NCBI GenBank assembly: GCA_951406725.2
Contig: OX597835.1
Location: 40,610,001-40,674,000, forward strand
Direction: 5' to 3'
Origin: Octopus vulgaris
Lineage: Eukaryota
Length of the DNA: 64,000 bases
Positions 41,789-53,995 of this stretch are shown here, in pieces. The position numbers and the translations under genes are program-made. The notes beneath the pieces are model-generated. The model saw only the letters and a list, made by a program, of their open reading frames with translations. It was not told the origin of the DNA and ran no database searches. Positions within the stretch are counted from its first letter, which is position 1; the number at the start of each line of letters is the position of its first letter.

Positions 41789-42656
41789 CTGAGGTGGATA
41801 ATAGAAAAGGCAGAACATGGATTTAAGATACATGTATATCAAGGGCAATAAAATGAATTCAAAAACAAGTAGTAGTAGTAATACTGCTTTCTAAATTTTA
41901 GCATAAAACCAGCAATTTTCAGGAGAGGAGGAAGTCGACTACATTGACCCCAGTATTTAACTGGTATTATCAATCCTGAAAGGATGAAAGGCAGAGTAGA
42001 CCTTGGTGAGACTTGAATTCAGCACATAAAGAGGTGGAACTGTAAAGGTCCACAGACATAAACCCTCTCCTTCGCTAAATAAATCAGAGTAAAACCACAA
42101 AGTCATCAAGGGAGTTTCTGTGGGGTTCGCTTCTGACCTTGCAATGGCACAAGAGGCTACAAAATGAGACTTGTTCGACATTCATAGACTAAAAGCATCC
42201 CATCCACGACCACCTTGGCTTTCATTCAGACAAACTATTCCTGACATACCATCATTCAATGTATCTCTTAGAAAACAAATTGTAGGGTGTGATTTAAAAG
42301 AGATTTAGCTGCTATTTCAAGCAGGTTGATCAACCACATAGAGGTTCCATCATATCATTTGTCATTAGGTGGCAACTATATCTGTCACCATGTGGTGCAT
42401 AGGATAGAAAGAGTACATTTTAAGCGATCCCATTGTCTGTTAGAGGATGGTACAGGTTTGTTCCCCGTGCTAGCAATATATATTGTATATAAAGGGTGCA
42501 ATGTCATACCGATAACCAGCTGGCAGATGGTCTGCCTGGGGTTCAACTAGTAATAACATGGAACAGTCATTCTGACATGGCGATTGACTTTACTTGCTAG
42601 TATAGTAACTTCCCTGATCCCTTCTTGAGATTTTACAAGTAACTATTTTGCTTATA

Positions 42657-43853
42657 TTGGGTCATCCCATAAATAATGCATTTTTTTTTTATACTTCTTT
42701 TATTTTTCAAAATTAAGATAGTGTTCTTTTTCAATCTTAAATATACTTTTCTTCATTTTCTACAATGCTCTTCCATGTATCTGATAGATTTGCAAGGCTC
42801 CTCTTCCAAAATTCACTTGTCCGTGACAAAAAATACTCCTCCAGTACTGTTCTGACCTTCTCTACAGAATTCATATTTTTCTGTTCAAATGATTTTGAAG
42901 AATGCGCAATAAATGATGGGGCAATGTCCTGCAAATATGGTGGGTGGAGCATCAATTCCCATTCAAACTGCTCCAGTCTTTGGAATGTCATCCTTGCTGT
43001 ATGTGGCTGAGCATTATCCTGATGGAAGAACACCTTTCGTCTTGAAACCAAAGATGGTCATTTTTCTTCTAGCGCTGACTTAAGCTGCTCACAGTAGATC
43101 ACCTTTGTTATCATTTGGTTTGGGCTTAAAAGTTCAGAAGACCTTCTTTAGCCTGGTGTGCCAGTGTCTCTCCTTTCCCTACTCACTGTCTTTGGTGCTT
43201 GACATTTTTACAGAGAACTCATTTCTCATCACCAGTCACTATTTGGTCAAAAAACAGTTCATTCGTGAAAAAAGGCAGCAAAGAAGTGCACACATTCACT
43301 CTTTGTGTAGAATTAGACTCAGAAAGTTTGTGAGGAACCCACTGACTCATTTACTGACTTTTCCAATGGCATGCAGGTGTCGATGAATGGTTGAATGACC
43401 AAATCCAAACTTCTCTGCTAGTTCCTCAACAGTTATAACTGGATTTTGTTCCACCAGGGTTTGCAGGACATCCTCATTGAGCTCTACAGACCTTCCGGGA
43501 TGAGGCTCGTATTCTAGGTTGTAGTTTCTGGAACCACTGTTGACACTGGCTTATGCTTATTGTCCGATCCCCAAATACTGCATTTAATATTCCTTGCATT
43601 TTCCATTTCGTTGTTGCCTTTACTGAACTCATAAAGCAAATTATCTCAAATATGCTCCTTTGTCACTTCCGTTATAGCTTTGAAAAAGTAACTTCAAATT
43701 GAACTGCATTCTTCAAAACCTCCATTAAGAATAAGGACAAGGTAAAATCACTACCTGCTTTTATAGCAAGTTGATGCAGGTCGTTTATCCTGTCCCCCTC
43801 CAACTTTTAGTTCATGCAATTAAAAAAAACACATTATTTATGGGATAACCCAA
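42657..43853 (-). mobile_element. Full-length decayed mariner
   Basis: TA-flanked TIRs ttgggtcatcccataaataatg / cattatttatgggataacccaa; transposase remnant FHQDNAQPHTAR...HPPYLQDIAPS. Confidence 0.9.
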
Positions 43854-43861
43854 TATAATAT

Positions 43862-44078
43862 TCCTTTTTACTAAAGGCATAAGGCCTGAAATTTTTGGGG
43901 GAGGGGAATAGTTGATGACATTGACCCCAGTATTTCGTTGGTACTTAATCTATTGACCCTGATATGATGAAAGGCAAAGTCGACCTCGGCAGATTTTGAA
44001 CTCAGAATGTTCAGATGGATGAAATACCACTAAGCATTTTGCCAGATATGCTAATGATTCTGCCAGCTCACTGCCTCT
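43862..44078 (-). mobile_element. SINE family C, older copy
   Basis: gatgaaaggcaaagtcgacctcggc...gccagctcactgcc. Confidence 0.7.
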
Positions 44079-44281
44079 TAAAAAGGAAGAAAGTATTGTA
44101 CTTTAATTCTTTTATATGTTTCAGCCCTGAGACTGTAGCCATGCTGGAGCACCACTAGTGATAATACAGATGATGCAATGATAAGACAATGAAGAAAGTA
44201 CTGTACTTTGATGTATACACTAATACAATGTAAGAAGTACTCGCTAAGTATATAACACAAAATAAGGAGTATGACATTTAA

Positions 44282-44382
44282 CCCTTTAGCATTTAAACCG
44301 GCCATAATTGGCCCAAATATTCTAGCTGTCCTATGCTCAATATAGCCAGATCTAGCCTATCACTGAAATATTCTAGCTGTCC

Positions 44383-44422
<40 letters not shown>

Positions 44423-44611
44423 GATTTAATAATTATAAAGAGAGAACAGCATGCTCAATATGGCCAGATCTAGCCTATCAGTGACAATGTCATTCTGAAT
44501 ATAAACAATCGTATCATCAAAATATTGAAGTTATGAGATAATGCAAGATTAATTTAAAACAATGTAAATAAATAAATATTACATTTGACAGAGAAATCTG
44601 AAAGCTAAAGG
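44282..44611. mobile_element. piggyBac-like MITE family 1 with internal rearrangement
   Basis: TTAA-CCCTTTAGCATTTAAACCGGCC start; degenerate right end. Confidence 0.75.
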
Positions 44612-44745
44612 TCAAGATGTATCGAAGTACCATGTAAAAAGTACAGATGTTTAAGGCATATATTCAATGCAAAGAGTACTACACTCTAAGGTGTATAACA
44701 ATACGAGTATGACTCTTTAATGTACATATGAATACCATATTTTAA

Positions 44746-44966
44746 CCCTTTTGTTACCAACCCGGCTGAAACCGGCTCTGGCTCTTTAGTGCAAATGTCT
44801 TGTTTTCATGAGTTTTGAATTAAAATCTTCCACCAAGCTTTAGTCGCAATTTATGTTCCTAACACTAGCTGAATGACAACTAAATTATCTTACTAAATTC
44901 TTTGTTATATTTAAAGTAATTGAAACAAACACAGAGCATCTCAAAATAAATACAGTAATGAAAGGG
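44746..44966. mobile_element. piggyBac-like MITE family 2
   Basis: TTAA-CCCTTTTGTTAC...GTAATGAAAGGG-TTAA. Confidence 0.85.
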
Positions 44967-45686
44967 TTAAGGTATATAATACAATATCAGGAGTGTTACA
45001 TTTTATGTAAATGAATATTACAGTTGAAGGTTTATATTAATACAATATAAGGAGTATTATTTCACTTTAAGTATATATTACAATGAGTTTTAAAGTTTTA
45101 AGTATATCAGTAATACATTTTAAAGTTTATATTAATACAATATGAGCAATACTACTAAACTTTAAGGTGTCTAACTTATGACATCACCATGTGTAAATCC
45201 AGTGCTGACCTCAGCACTTCATTGGGGTGTATTTCATCTGCCCCTGGAAGAATGACAGGCAAAAGTCAACATCTGAATTTGAACTCAGAAAGTGAAAGGG
45301 CCTAACTATATGCAATATCACAAAGCATGTTGTCTGATGCTCCACCGATTTTGCTATCCACTGAGTTTCTTAGTAGTAATAACATTCACTGCTTACCTTA
45401 CACCGCAGGCACCACAATGGGACCACAGACACGTAGCAAATAGGAAATAAGATTGGCAGACATTCATAACATTTTCTCAAGAATAACAGCAATTAATAAT
45501 AATAATAATAATAATCATAAAGATTTAATAATTATAAAGAAAGAACAGCATGCTTTGGTGTTTCAAATGGATAAAGTCAGAAAAATTTATTTGGTGACAA
45601 TATAAAATTTTAAAATTCAGAAGTATTTCAATTTGATAGAGAACAGAAAATTCTAGAAAAGGTGTTTAAAATTATATAAGTATGTA

Positions 45687-45725
<39 letters not shown>

Positions 45726-46143
45726 TAGCATGCATGTAAATGCAAAAGTATAAGAATACGAATGTGAGTTTGCCTATCTGTATTTGTATACACGCGTGCA
45801 CGCACACACACACACACACGCTCGCGTGCGCACAAAAGCGCATACACATATACAAATGATTTACAAACTGGCCATTGTGGTTACAAATAGTTTCTGACAA
45901 TGGAATCGTTTTAAGAAACAACATCTTCCTTTCATCTTCCTTTACAGAAGCAGACTTTCAACATTATTATTTTAAAAATGTTTTCAGAAGGAAGACAGCC
46001 TGATGAAAGGCTTTTAAATCAAGATACTATTTGTAACAACAAGAGTCAGACTGTAATTACATTATCTATCTATATATAAATATTTTTCTACGTATCTTTA
46101 AGTGCTTTATATTCAATGACATTATTTACCAAAAATGGTCACA

Positions 46144-46175
<32 letters not shown>

Positions 46176-46679
46176 TTAGTTGTTTAAAGAATATGACATG
46201 CACAAAAACGAGCAAACTCAGACTAGCAACAGAATTCATTCTCAGCTTATTCTCATCTGTATCTGCTTTAAGTATGATAGACAGATAGCTATTTTAATCT
46301 AATAACTCTTTTGTTGCATATCATGGATTTTTATTTGGCCAAGCAACATTAGTGATTATTCAGTCACTGTTTTCCTATATCAGTAAGTGAAGGATTTTAT
46401 TTTAACTTGTGGTTGACAGTGAGTATATGGTATTGACAAAGCCCAATGATGCAGAAATGTGCATCTAGCATGCCCACCACTGCTGCGGGATGACTTTTGT
46501 CTGCTACTGAAACAGTTTTGTATTTTTGAATACAGTATGTCCCAAAATTCCCAGACAAATACTACAGTTACTTTGCCTTTTTTTGCAATGTATCTGTTTT
46601 AAGTATGATACACAGATAGCTATTTTAACCTAATTCTGCTTCACTTGCATACAACAAACATATATATAGTTTCCTCTGT

Positions 46680-46965
46680 GTTGTGTTGCAAGCATCTAAT
46701 TGACCAGACTCTTGTTTCTAGTCCATTCTTTGACGTTGTCACTTCACAAAGGTCTTTGACAGCCTCTACCTCTCTTCCTTCAATACATCCTGTCAGAATA
46801 TTTCTCGGACAATGAGTCATAGTGCATTGTATATCCAAAACATGACAGCCTTGTGGACCTAATTCTTGATGATAGATGTCTTTGGATTTTCAGCTTTCCT
46901 AATACTACAGCATTTGTTACCCTATCTTCCCAGCTTATTCTGTCCAATCTATGGAAGCGTGACAC
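46680..46965 (-). mobile_element. RTE LINE C-terminal relic
   Basis: RISWEDRVTNAVVL...RLSCFGY; ILTGCIEGR. Confidence 0.7.
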
Positions 46966-47479
46966 TTAAAAGGCATGAATGGCTAAAGCATCATTGTCAC
47001 CAAAAAGGTAAACAAGATATTAAAACATGCCAGAGACTTGATCAACATCATCAAACGACCAGCTAGTAATAACAACCAAATCTTCCTCAAACTCCATTCT
47101 ACTGTTTTTAAAAGGAAAGCGAGGAAACAACACAGATACCCTCAAAATGATGGTATGGTTAAGACTGGAAAACCCCAGATCAATCCTGATCATAAAACTG
47201 CTTCAACAAAGTTGGCCCAGGGTTAAACAGTATATTTTTGAAACCTCTATATGGTCATTCAACCTGCGAGTAATAATAGCCATGTCTCAGATCAGATCTT
47301 CACCACCATTATTGTTGTTGTTATCATCATTATTCAGGGGGCAAGCAGGCAGAATTGTTGGCGCGTTGAGTAAAATGCTTAGTAGCATTTGAATTGTCTT
47401 TACATTCTGAGTTCAAGTTCTGCTGAGGTAAGCCTTGTCATTCATCCTTGTGGAGTCAATGAAATAGGTTGAGTTAAGC

Positions 47480-47816
47480 CCCCCCCCCTCGGTCATGACT
47501 GACCATGGGATTGCACATAGAAAGTTACCCTCCCAGGCACAAGTCTGGGCAACGTTGTTTATGGAAGACCAGCAGTCGCCCATGCATACCGGCCTCTCCT
47601 CTCCATGCCACCAGTGTTATCCAAGGGAAGGGCAAAGGGGCCGATACAGCTTGGCACCTGTGATGTTGCAACTCATTTATACAGCTGAGTGAACTGGAGG
47701 AACATGAAATAAAGTGTCTTGCTCAAGAACACAACATGCAGCCCGGTCCGGGATTCGAACTCACAACCTCACGATCGCAAGATCAACGCTCTAACCACTG
47801 AGCCATGCGCCTTCAC
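47480..47816 (-). mobile_element. tRNA-derived SINE nested in a family C SINE (47338-47900)
   Basis: Minus strand gaaggcgcatggctcagtggttagagcg...gagttcgaatccc; family C sequence resumes at gtaccagt near 47820. Confidence 0.75.
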
Positions 47817-48696
47817 CAGGTACCAGTCAAATAATGGAGTCAATGATATCGACTTTCCTCTCCACTCAAAAACTGTTGGCTTTGTACCAAAATTTGAAAC
47901 CATTATTGTTATTATTATTATTATTATTATTATTTACTATTATTACTATTATTTCACCCATCGCTATGTTCTGAGTTCAAATTCCACTGAGGTTGACTTT
48001 GCCTTTCATCTTTTCAGGGTCAATAAATTAAGTACCAGTTTTGCACTGGGGTCGATATAATGTAATCGACCAGTCACCTCCCATCAAATTTCAGGCCTTT
48101 TGTCTTTAGTAGAAAGGATTATTATTATCATTATTATAACTATTATTATCATAATCATTATTATTACCAGCAGTAAGAGCACTACTACTACTACTGCTAC
48201 TATTGTTGACTTTTTTTCAAACTAATCATTTATATTGAATTACATTATTTCAAATGTAAAAATCCACAAAAGAGAAAAAAAAAAAACATGCAAAAATATA
48301 AACAAATAAATGTTTTAAAATACAGAAAAACCATTTTTGAAAATGAAGACGAAATAAAAACAAAAAGAAAGAGAAAAACACACACGCAGAGTTATAAATT
48401 AGTTGTGTCAAGAAAATGGGAATTGGGAAAAAGAAAAGAACAGAAATTAGTATTGAGAAAATGGAAACAGAGAAACGGTAAAAAAAATGGTTTTTGGAAT
48501 ATAATTAAAATGAAAATAATGTGGAAATATTGTATCTTTGTTCGTTCATACAGAAACAAAGAAAGGAACAAACTCAAAAAGTTAATGTCTATGTGTGTGT
48601 TTATTCTTTTACTTGCTTCAGTCATTTGACTGTGGCCCACACGTACATACATACATACATACATACATACATACAAACATACATATATATATATAT

Positions 48697-48868
48697 AGGC
48701 GCAGGAGTGGCTGTGTGGTAAGTAGCTTGCTAACCAACCACATGGTTCCGGGTTCAGTCCCACTGCGTGGCACCTTGGGAAAGTGTCTTCTACTATAGCC
48801 TCGGGCCGACCAAAGCCTTGTGAGTGGATTTGGTAGACAGAAACTGAAAGAAGCCCATCGTATATATG

Positions 48869-48899
<31 letters not shown>

Positions 48900-49110
48900 T
48901 TGTGTGTCTGTGTTTGTCCCCCTAGCATTGCTTGACAACCGATGCTGGTGTGTTTATGTCCCCATTACTTAGCGGTTCGGCAAAAGAGACCGATAGAATA
49001 AGTACTGGGCTTACAAAAGAATAAGTCCCAGGGTCGAGTTGCTCGATTAAAGGTGGTGCTCCAGCATGGCCGCAGTCAAAATGACTGAAACAAGTAAAAG
49101 AGTAAAGAGT
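48697..49110 (+). mobile_element. SINE family B
   Basis: Full-length copy. Confidence 0.85.
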
Positions 49111-49145
49111 ATATATACACACACACAGAAACAGATTACCTCTCC

Positions 49146-49179
<34 letters not shown>

Positions 49180-49512
49180 TATGTATACATGCACACACAG
49201 AAACTCTCTTTTCTCACACACACTCAAGTAATTGTACAATGTACAGATAAACAACACTGATTACTAAAGTACTCAATGCAAAAGGCTGAGTGAGAGTGAA
49301 GCAAATAAAGAAGAAAGCTGAATAAATTCAGGAATACTGTGTGTGTGTGTATGTGTGTGTATGTGTGTGTGTGTGTGTGTGTGTTTGTGTGTGTGTTTGA
49401 GTGTGTGTGTGTGTGTATGTGTGAGTGTGAGTGTGAGTGTGTGTGTGTGAGTGTGTATGTGTGGGTGTGAAACAATTGATAAATTACTTAATAGATGTAA
49501 AAGAGTTATATT

Positions 49513-49818
49513 ATTGCAGCGTGGAAGGTGTTTGTAAGCCATTTAAGAAACACACAAAAACCGTTCGATTCACTTCAACATTTAAGTTTAATTTGTCAAA
49601 ATATTTTCGGCGCTTTAAGACCGCGACCTGTTCACTGACAAAAATCCGGTCTTAAAGCAACGAAAATATTTTGACAAATTAAACTTAAATGTTGAAGTGA
49701 ATCGAACGACTTTTGTGTGTTTCTTAAATGGCTTACAAACACCTTCCACGCTGCAATTGTTTTCATTTCAGCACACGATATCAGATCAAATCACTTGCTA
49801 TGCAAGTACATCTCCGTA
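49513..49818. mobile_element. Palindromic HHR-like element, family P1 (copy 1)
   Basis: Inverted arms spanning 49513-49757 plus a one-sided extension; homologous to 50891-51235. Confidence 0.7.
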
Positions 49819-49980
49819 GTTATATTATTGATGCCTTCAAAATCAAAGATTCACTCTGTTGCTACTCTGAGTTGTCGCACACCAATGCATCTCAATGAAA
49901 TACAGTTAAAAAAATAAATAAAGCTCAGAGCAGGGATGAAGTAAATCACCATGGATGAATATATATATATACACACACTT

Positions 49981-50345
49981 TTATATTTCGAGATGGTCAT
50001 TTTTTTCTTGCCAAATAAACACACCCATTATATATTTGTTCTTCACTTGTTTATTATTGTTGTTATTTTGTGTCCATTGTCTGGAAACCTTTCATCACAC
50101 ACCTGTGACCTCTTCAGCAACCTGGAAACATGTAGGATGGAAAGTCACTGAAGAGGTCACAGGTGTGTGGTGAAAAGTTTCCAGACAATGGACATAAAAA
50201 TAAGAACAATAATAAACAAGTGAAGAACAAATATATAGTGGGTGTGTTTATTTGGCAAGAAAAAAAATGACCATCACGAAATATAACAATATTTATTTCA
50301 ACACATGATTTCACATCAGGAATCCTGCAAAATAAATTCATAAAT
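49981..50345. mobile_element. Palindromic HHR-like element P2
   Basis: Arms 49981-50117 and 50148-50286; CTGAAGA-hairpin-GAAA on each arm. Confidence 0.65.
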
Positions 50346-50553
50346 GAATGTATGAGTGTGTGTGTGTGTGTGTGTGTGTTCTTTTCATGTTAAATTTCAA
50401 TAAAGACAATTTTACATTCATCTGTTGGGTTACTCCACACTTTTGTAGAATATAAATTTATTATTGTTAAACACGAATGTTGTTGAGAGTGACTTCAAAG
50501 TCCACTGTCAACAACATACTTGTTTAAGAATACTATATATACATACATTTATA

Positions 50554-50873
50554 TATCTGTAAATGTAATATGTGACAATTATTCGGTAGCCATGATAAAA
50601 CTCCGAGTTTCGGATGCCAGGGTAGAAATCCGTGCCGCCATCTCTTCAGTTATCCGGCAATTGGAAAAAATGCTATGATTTTTCATAGCATTTTTTTCCA
50701 ATGGCTGGATAACCAAAGAGATGGCGGTGTGGATTTCGACCCCGGCATCCAAAACTCGGAGTTTTATCATGGCTACCGAATAATTGTCACATATTACATT
50801 TACAGATAAATTCCTCTATTTACATAATATCGAGGTCTCTTTCTTTCTTTTGTCGTCTTACCATTTTTATCAA
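50554..50873. mobile_element. Palindromic HHR-like element P3
   Basis: Inverted repeat 50554-50808 centred near 50680. Confidence 0.7.
50594..50654 (-). ncRNA. Type I hammerhead ribozyme-like motif
   Basis: GAUAA CUGAAGA GAUG...CAUC C GAAAC UCGGA GUU UUAUC; helices I, II and III can all form. Confidence 0.6.
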
Positions 50874-50890
50874 TATATATATATATATAT

Positions 50891-51235
50891 AACAATTGCA
50901 GCGTGGAAGGTGTTTATAAGCCATTTAAGAAACACACAAAAGCTGTTAGATTCACTTCAACATTTAAATTTAATTTGTCAAAATATTTTCATCGCTTTCA
51001 GACCACAACCTGTTCACTGACAAAACTTCGTGCTGCATCTCAGTTTTGTCAGTGAACAGGTCGCGGTCTCAAAGCGCCGAAAATATTTTGACAAATTAAA
51101 TTTGAATATTGAGGTGGATCTAACGGTTCTTGTGTGTTACTTAAATGGCTTATAAACACCTTCCACGCTGCAATTGTTTTCGTTTCAGCACACGATCTCA
51201 GATCAAATCACTTGCTATGCAAGTACATCTCCGTA
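50891..51235. mobile_element. Palindromic HHR-like element, family P1 (copy 2)
   Basis: Inverted arms spanning 50891-51178 plus extension, flanked by (TA)n. Confidence 0.7.
51045..51095 (+). ncRNA. Minimal type I hammerhead-like motif with G3-C8 core
   Basis: UUUGUCA GUGAACA GGUCGC-loop-GCGCC GAAA AUAUUU UGACAAA. Confidence 0.55.
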
Positions 51236-51775
51236 ATATATATATATATATATATATGTGTGTGATTAGAATTTTTAGAAATTTTGAGAGGTATGAAAGA
51301 ATTGATTTTTTATGATGGATCTCGAATTAAATAAAGCTGTTCCGTCAGTCCAAAGAGGTTTTTGACCCAATATCTACTTGCTTTTATTTTGTAGCTCTAT
51401 CTACTTTGAATTCCACCAGTTAAAACGAATTCTTTCATATACATGTAGATATAAAACTGAACAAGCATTCGGTGTTTAGCTGAGAGCATTCCAAGTAAGA
51501 AAAGGTTTAAAAAAAAAACAAAAAAAAAAACCCAACAAAAATCATACATGTATTGTGATCCATTTAAATAAAGTTTAAATTTTTTTAAATAAGAGTGTGT
51601 GATAAAATACACACACACAAACATATATATATATAAAAAAAAAAATAAATAAACTGAAAGGAAAAATACCATTGTTGATATATATATAGAATAATTGAGA
51701 TATTATGTGGAAATCATAAGTGAATTAAATCTCTAGCATTTCCTTGTCCAGCATGGCAAATAAATAAATAAAGCC

Positions 51776-51826
<51 letters not shown>

Positions 51827-52303
51827 AAGTGAAGAAATAAATAAGTTTATTTTTTCATGAAAGGCAAAAAAAAAAAAAAGAAATAGAACTACATTTACAT
51901 CCTGATATGTGGAAAAAAAAAGATCTCCCTTACCACCGAAAAGTCTGAGCAGGATATAAAGTTTAAATGTGCTTTAAGGTCTGGAGAAAAAGAAAAAGTA
52001 TATAAAAAAAAACAAGAGAGAGAGAGAGAGGAAAGGAGCATAAAGAAGTTGAAAATGTTTATATCTACTGTGAAGTATTTGGGAAAAGAGGGTTACACAC
52101 ATATATACACACACACACAAACATTAATATTTTGCCTAGGCATAGTGACAGTAATAACCTGGTGTTAGAACTCAATATACATATGTTTCAGAATGGAGCA
52201 TCAGTTGAGTACAGAGCAATAATAGAGAATTAGAATTACAACGGAACAGCTGTAAGCTAATGTTCATGATACAACTGCTTGATTCTTTGTCATTCTAATC
52301 TCT

Positions 52304-52341
<38 letters not shown>

Positions 52342-52345
<4 letters not shown>

Positions 52346-52536
52346 GTTATCCGGAAAGTTTGTGCCAATTTATAGCAGCTTACTTTTCAACTTATTTTAG
52401 AACATAGTTGAGTCCTGACTATGCGTTCTACATGGTAAATGGTAGTACTGTGGTGCTCTCTGTGATCTACTGTGTCACCCTTAATGATAAACACACATTT
52501 TGTGGAGTGTCCGGATATTTTTGATCACACGGTGTA
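52342..52536. mobile_element. Tc1/mariner terminal fragments
   Basis: ttgggttatccggaaagtt (mariner-like TIR) and tgtccggatatttttgatcacacggtgta (Tc1-like end). Confidence 0.45.
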
Positions 52537-53329
52537 TATATAAAGTAAACACAAATAGTGTTGGATTTGGTACTTGCACATCTTTGGTATTGTACCAACA
52601 TTTGATGTACTCAATGTTGCTTATGTCACTGTGAGCTCTATGTCATCGTACCTAGCCATTTCTAGCATCCTACAAGTTGATGTGCCTTGATTCTTATGAA
52701 TCCATATAACAAAATTATAGACATAAATAAAGGATCATACTCCAATGAAAGTGGTGTTGGTCTGCATTGGCAAGACTTGTATTGTTTAGTAAGATCAGCA
52801 GAAAGAGGGCAACAGCAAGTCCTGTATTCCTCATCGGTTGAATCTGTTTTTCCAACTTGGAGAATGCCAAACTCTACTGTCTCCCATTAATTTCTCTGCT
52901 GTCAGCTTTTCCCTGTCCGAAACAATTTCCCACTCCCCATAGCAGGATCACTGTGCTCATTTTAGCAATTTTACCATATGTCCACCCCCCTCCACACACA
53001 CAAGCACTCACACACACATACACATACGCGCGCGTGCGCGCACACACACACACAGGTGAGCACATAAGTGCAAAACAAGGTGGAAAAAATAGTACTCAGA
53101 TACCAAAGGTAGAGTAATATGCTTTTATTAAAGCTGAAAAATTATCACAAAACTGTTCCTCAGAGTTTCACGTTCCTCTTCGTCAGACAGTTGTATAAAT
53201 ATATATAAATATATATACATAGTTCAAATGTCCAAAAAACAAAAAAAAAAAAAAACGGAAGACAGAGACAGGTTGAGGGGTCAACAAACAAGGTGTGTTA
53301 GTTTGACACACACAAAATTGCTATGCTAC

Positions 53330-53805
53330 ATGATAGATAGAATGCTACATGGTAGAGAGACATGAGCCTGAATGTGAACAAAGACTAGACTAAGAGGACT
53401 AGAAAGACATGAAGCAAGCATACTCTGATGGATGTGCGATGTCAGTTGTGTGTGAGTGATGGAGTACAAATAAGCTGGCAGAAAAAATGGGCAGAAGAAG
53501 ATCCAGATGTGCAAGGACTGTGTCGGTTTTCTTTTACATGTTCCAACCCTAAGGTTGTGGCCATGCTGGGGCGCCACGAATAAATATGAGTGATGACGCT
53601 GATGGTTTGGGCATGTGATGTGTATGGATGAGGATAGTTGTATAAAGAAGTGCTGATCACTCAGAGTAGATAGAAGAGAAAAACCGAGGAAGATGTGGGA
53701 TGAAAGAAGTGGTGAAAGATGATTACAGGATTTCAAATCTCACAAATGAGATGACAAAGGACCAAGATAATTGGTGATGTGCAGTTCCTGACAAGACCCA
53801 CCTTA
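53330..53805 (+). mobile_element. RTE LINE C-terminal relic
   Basis: MLHGRET..., WFGHVMCMDEDSCIKKC, PRKMWDE and EMTKDQDNW in broken frames. Confidence 0.7.
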
Positions 53806-53877
53806 GCTATGCTAACAGATTGTGAGTAAATCTGTCAAAGCATGTGTTTGCACAAGACACAATTCCCTACCAAATTT

Positions 53878-53995
<118 letters not shown>

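Noticed and set aside
45397-45475. Candidate upstream LPGAT1 exon with strong AAG|gtaagc donor
   Set aside because: The frame needed for a phase-1 join contains stops, the acceptor (GAG) is weak, and similarity to the LPGAT1 N-terminus is unconvincing
46000-46015. Isolated CTGATGA/CTGACGA words here and near 57244 and 58054
   Set aside because: No downstream helix II-GAAA-NUH arrangement
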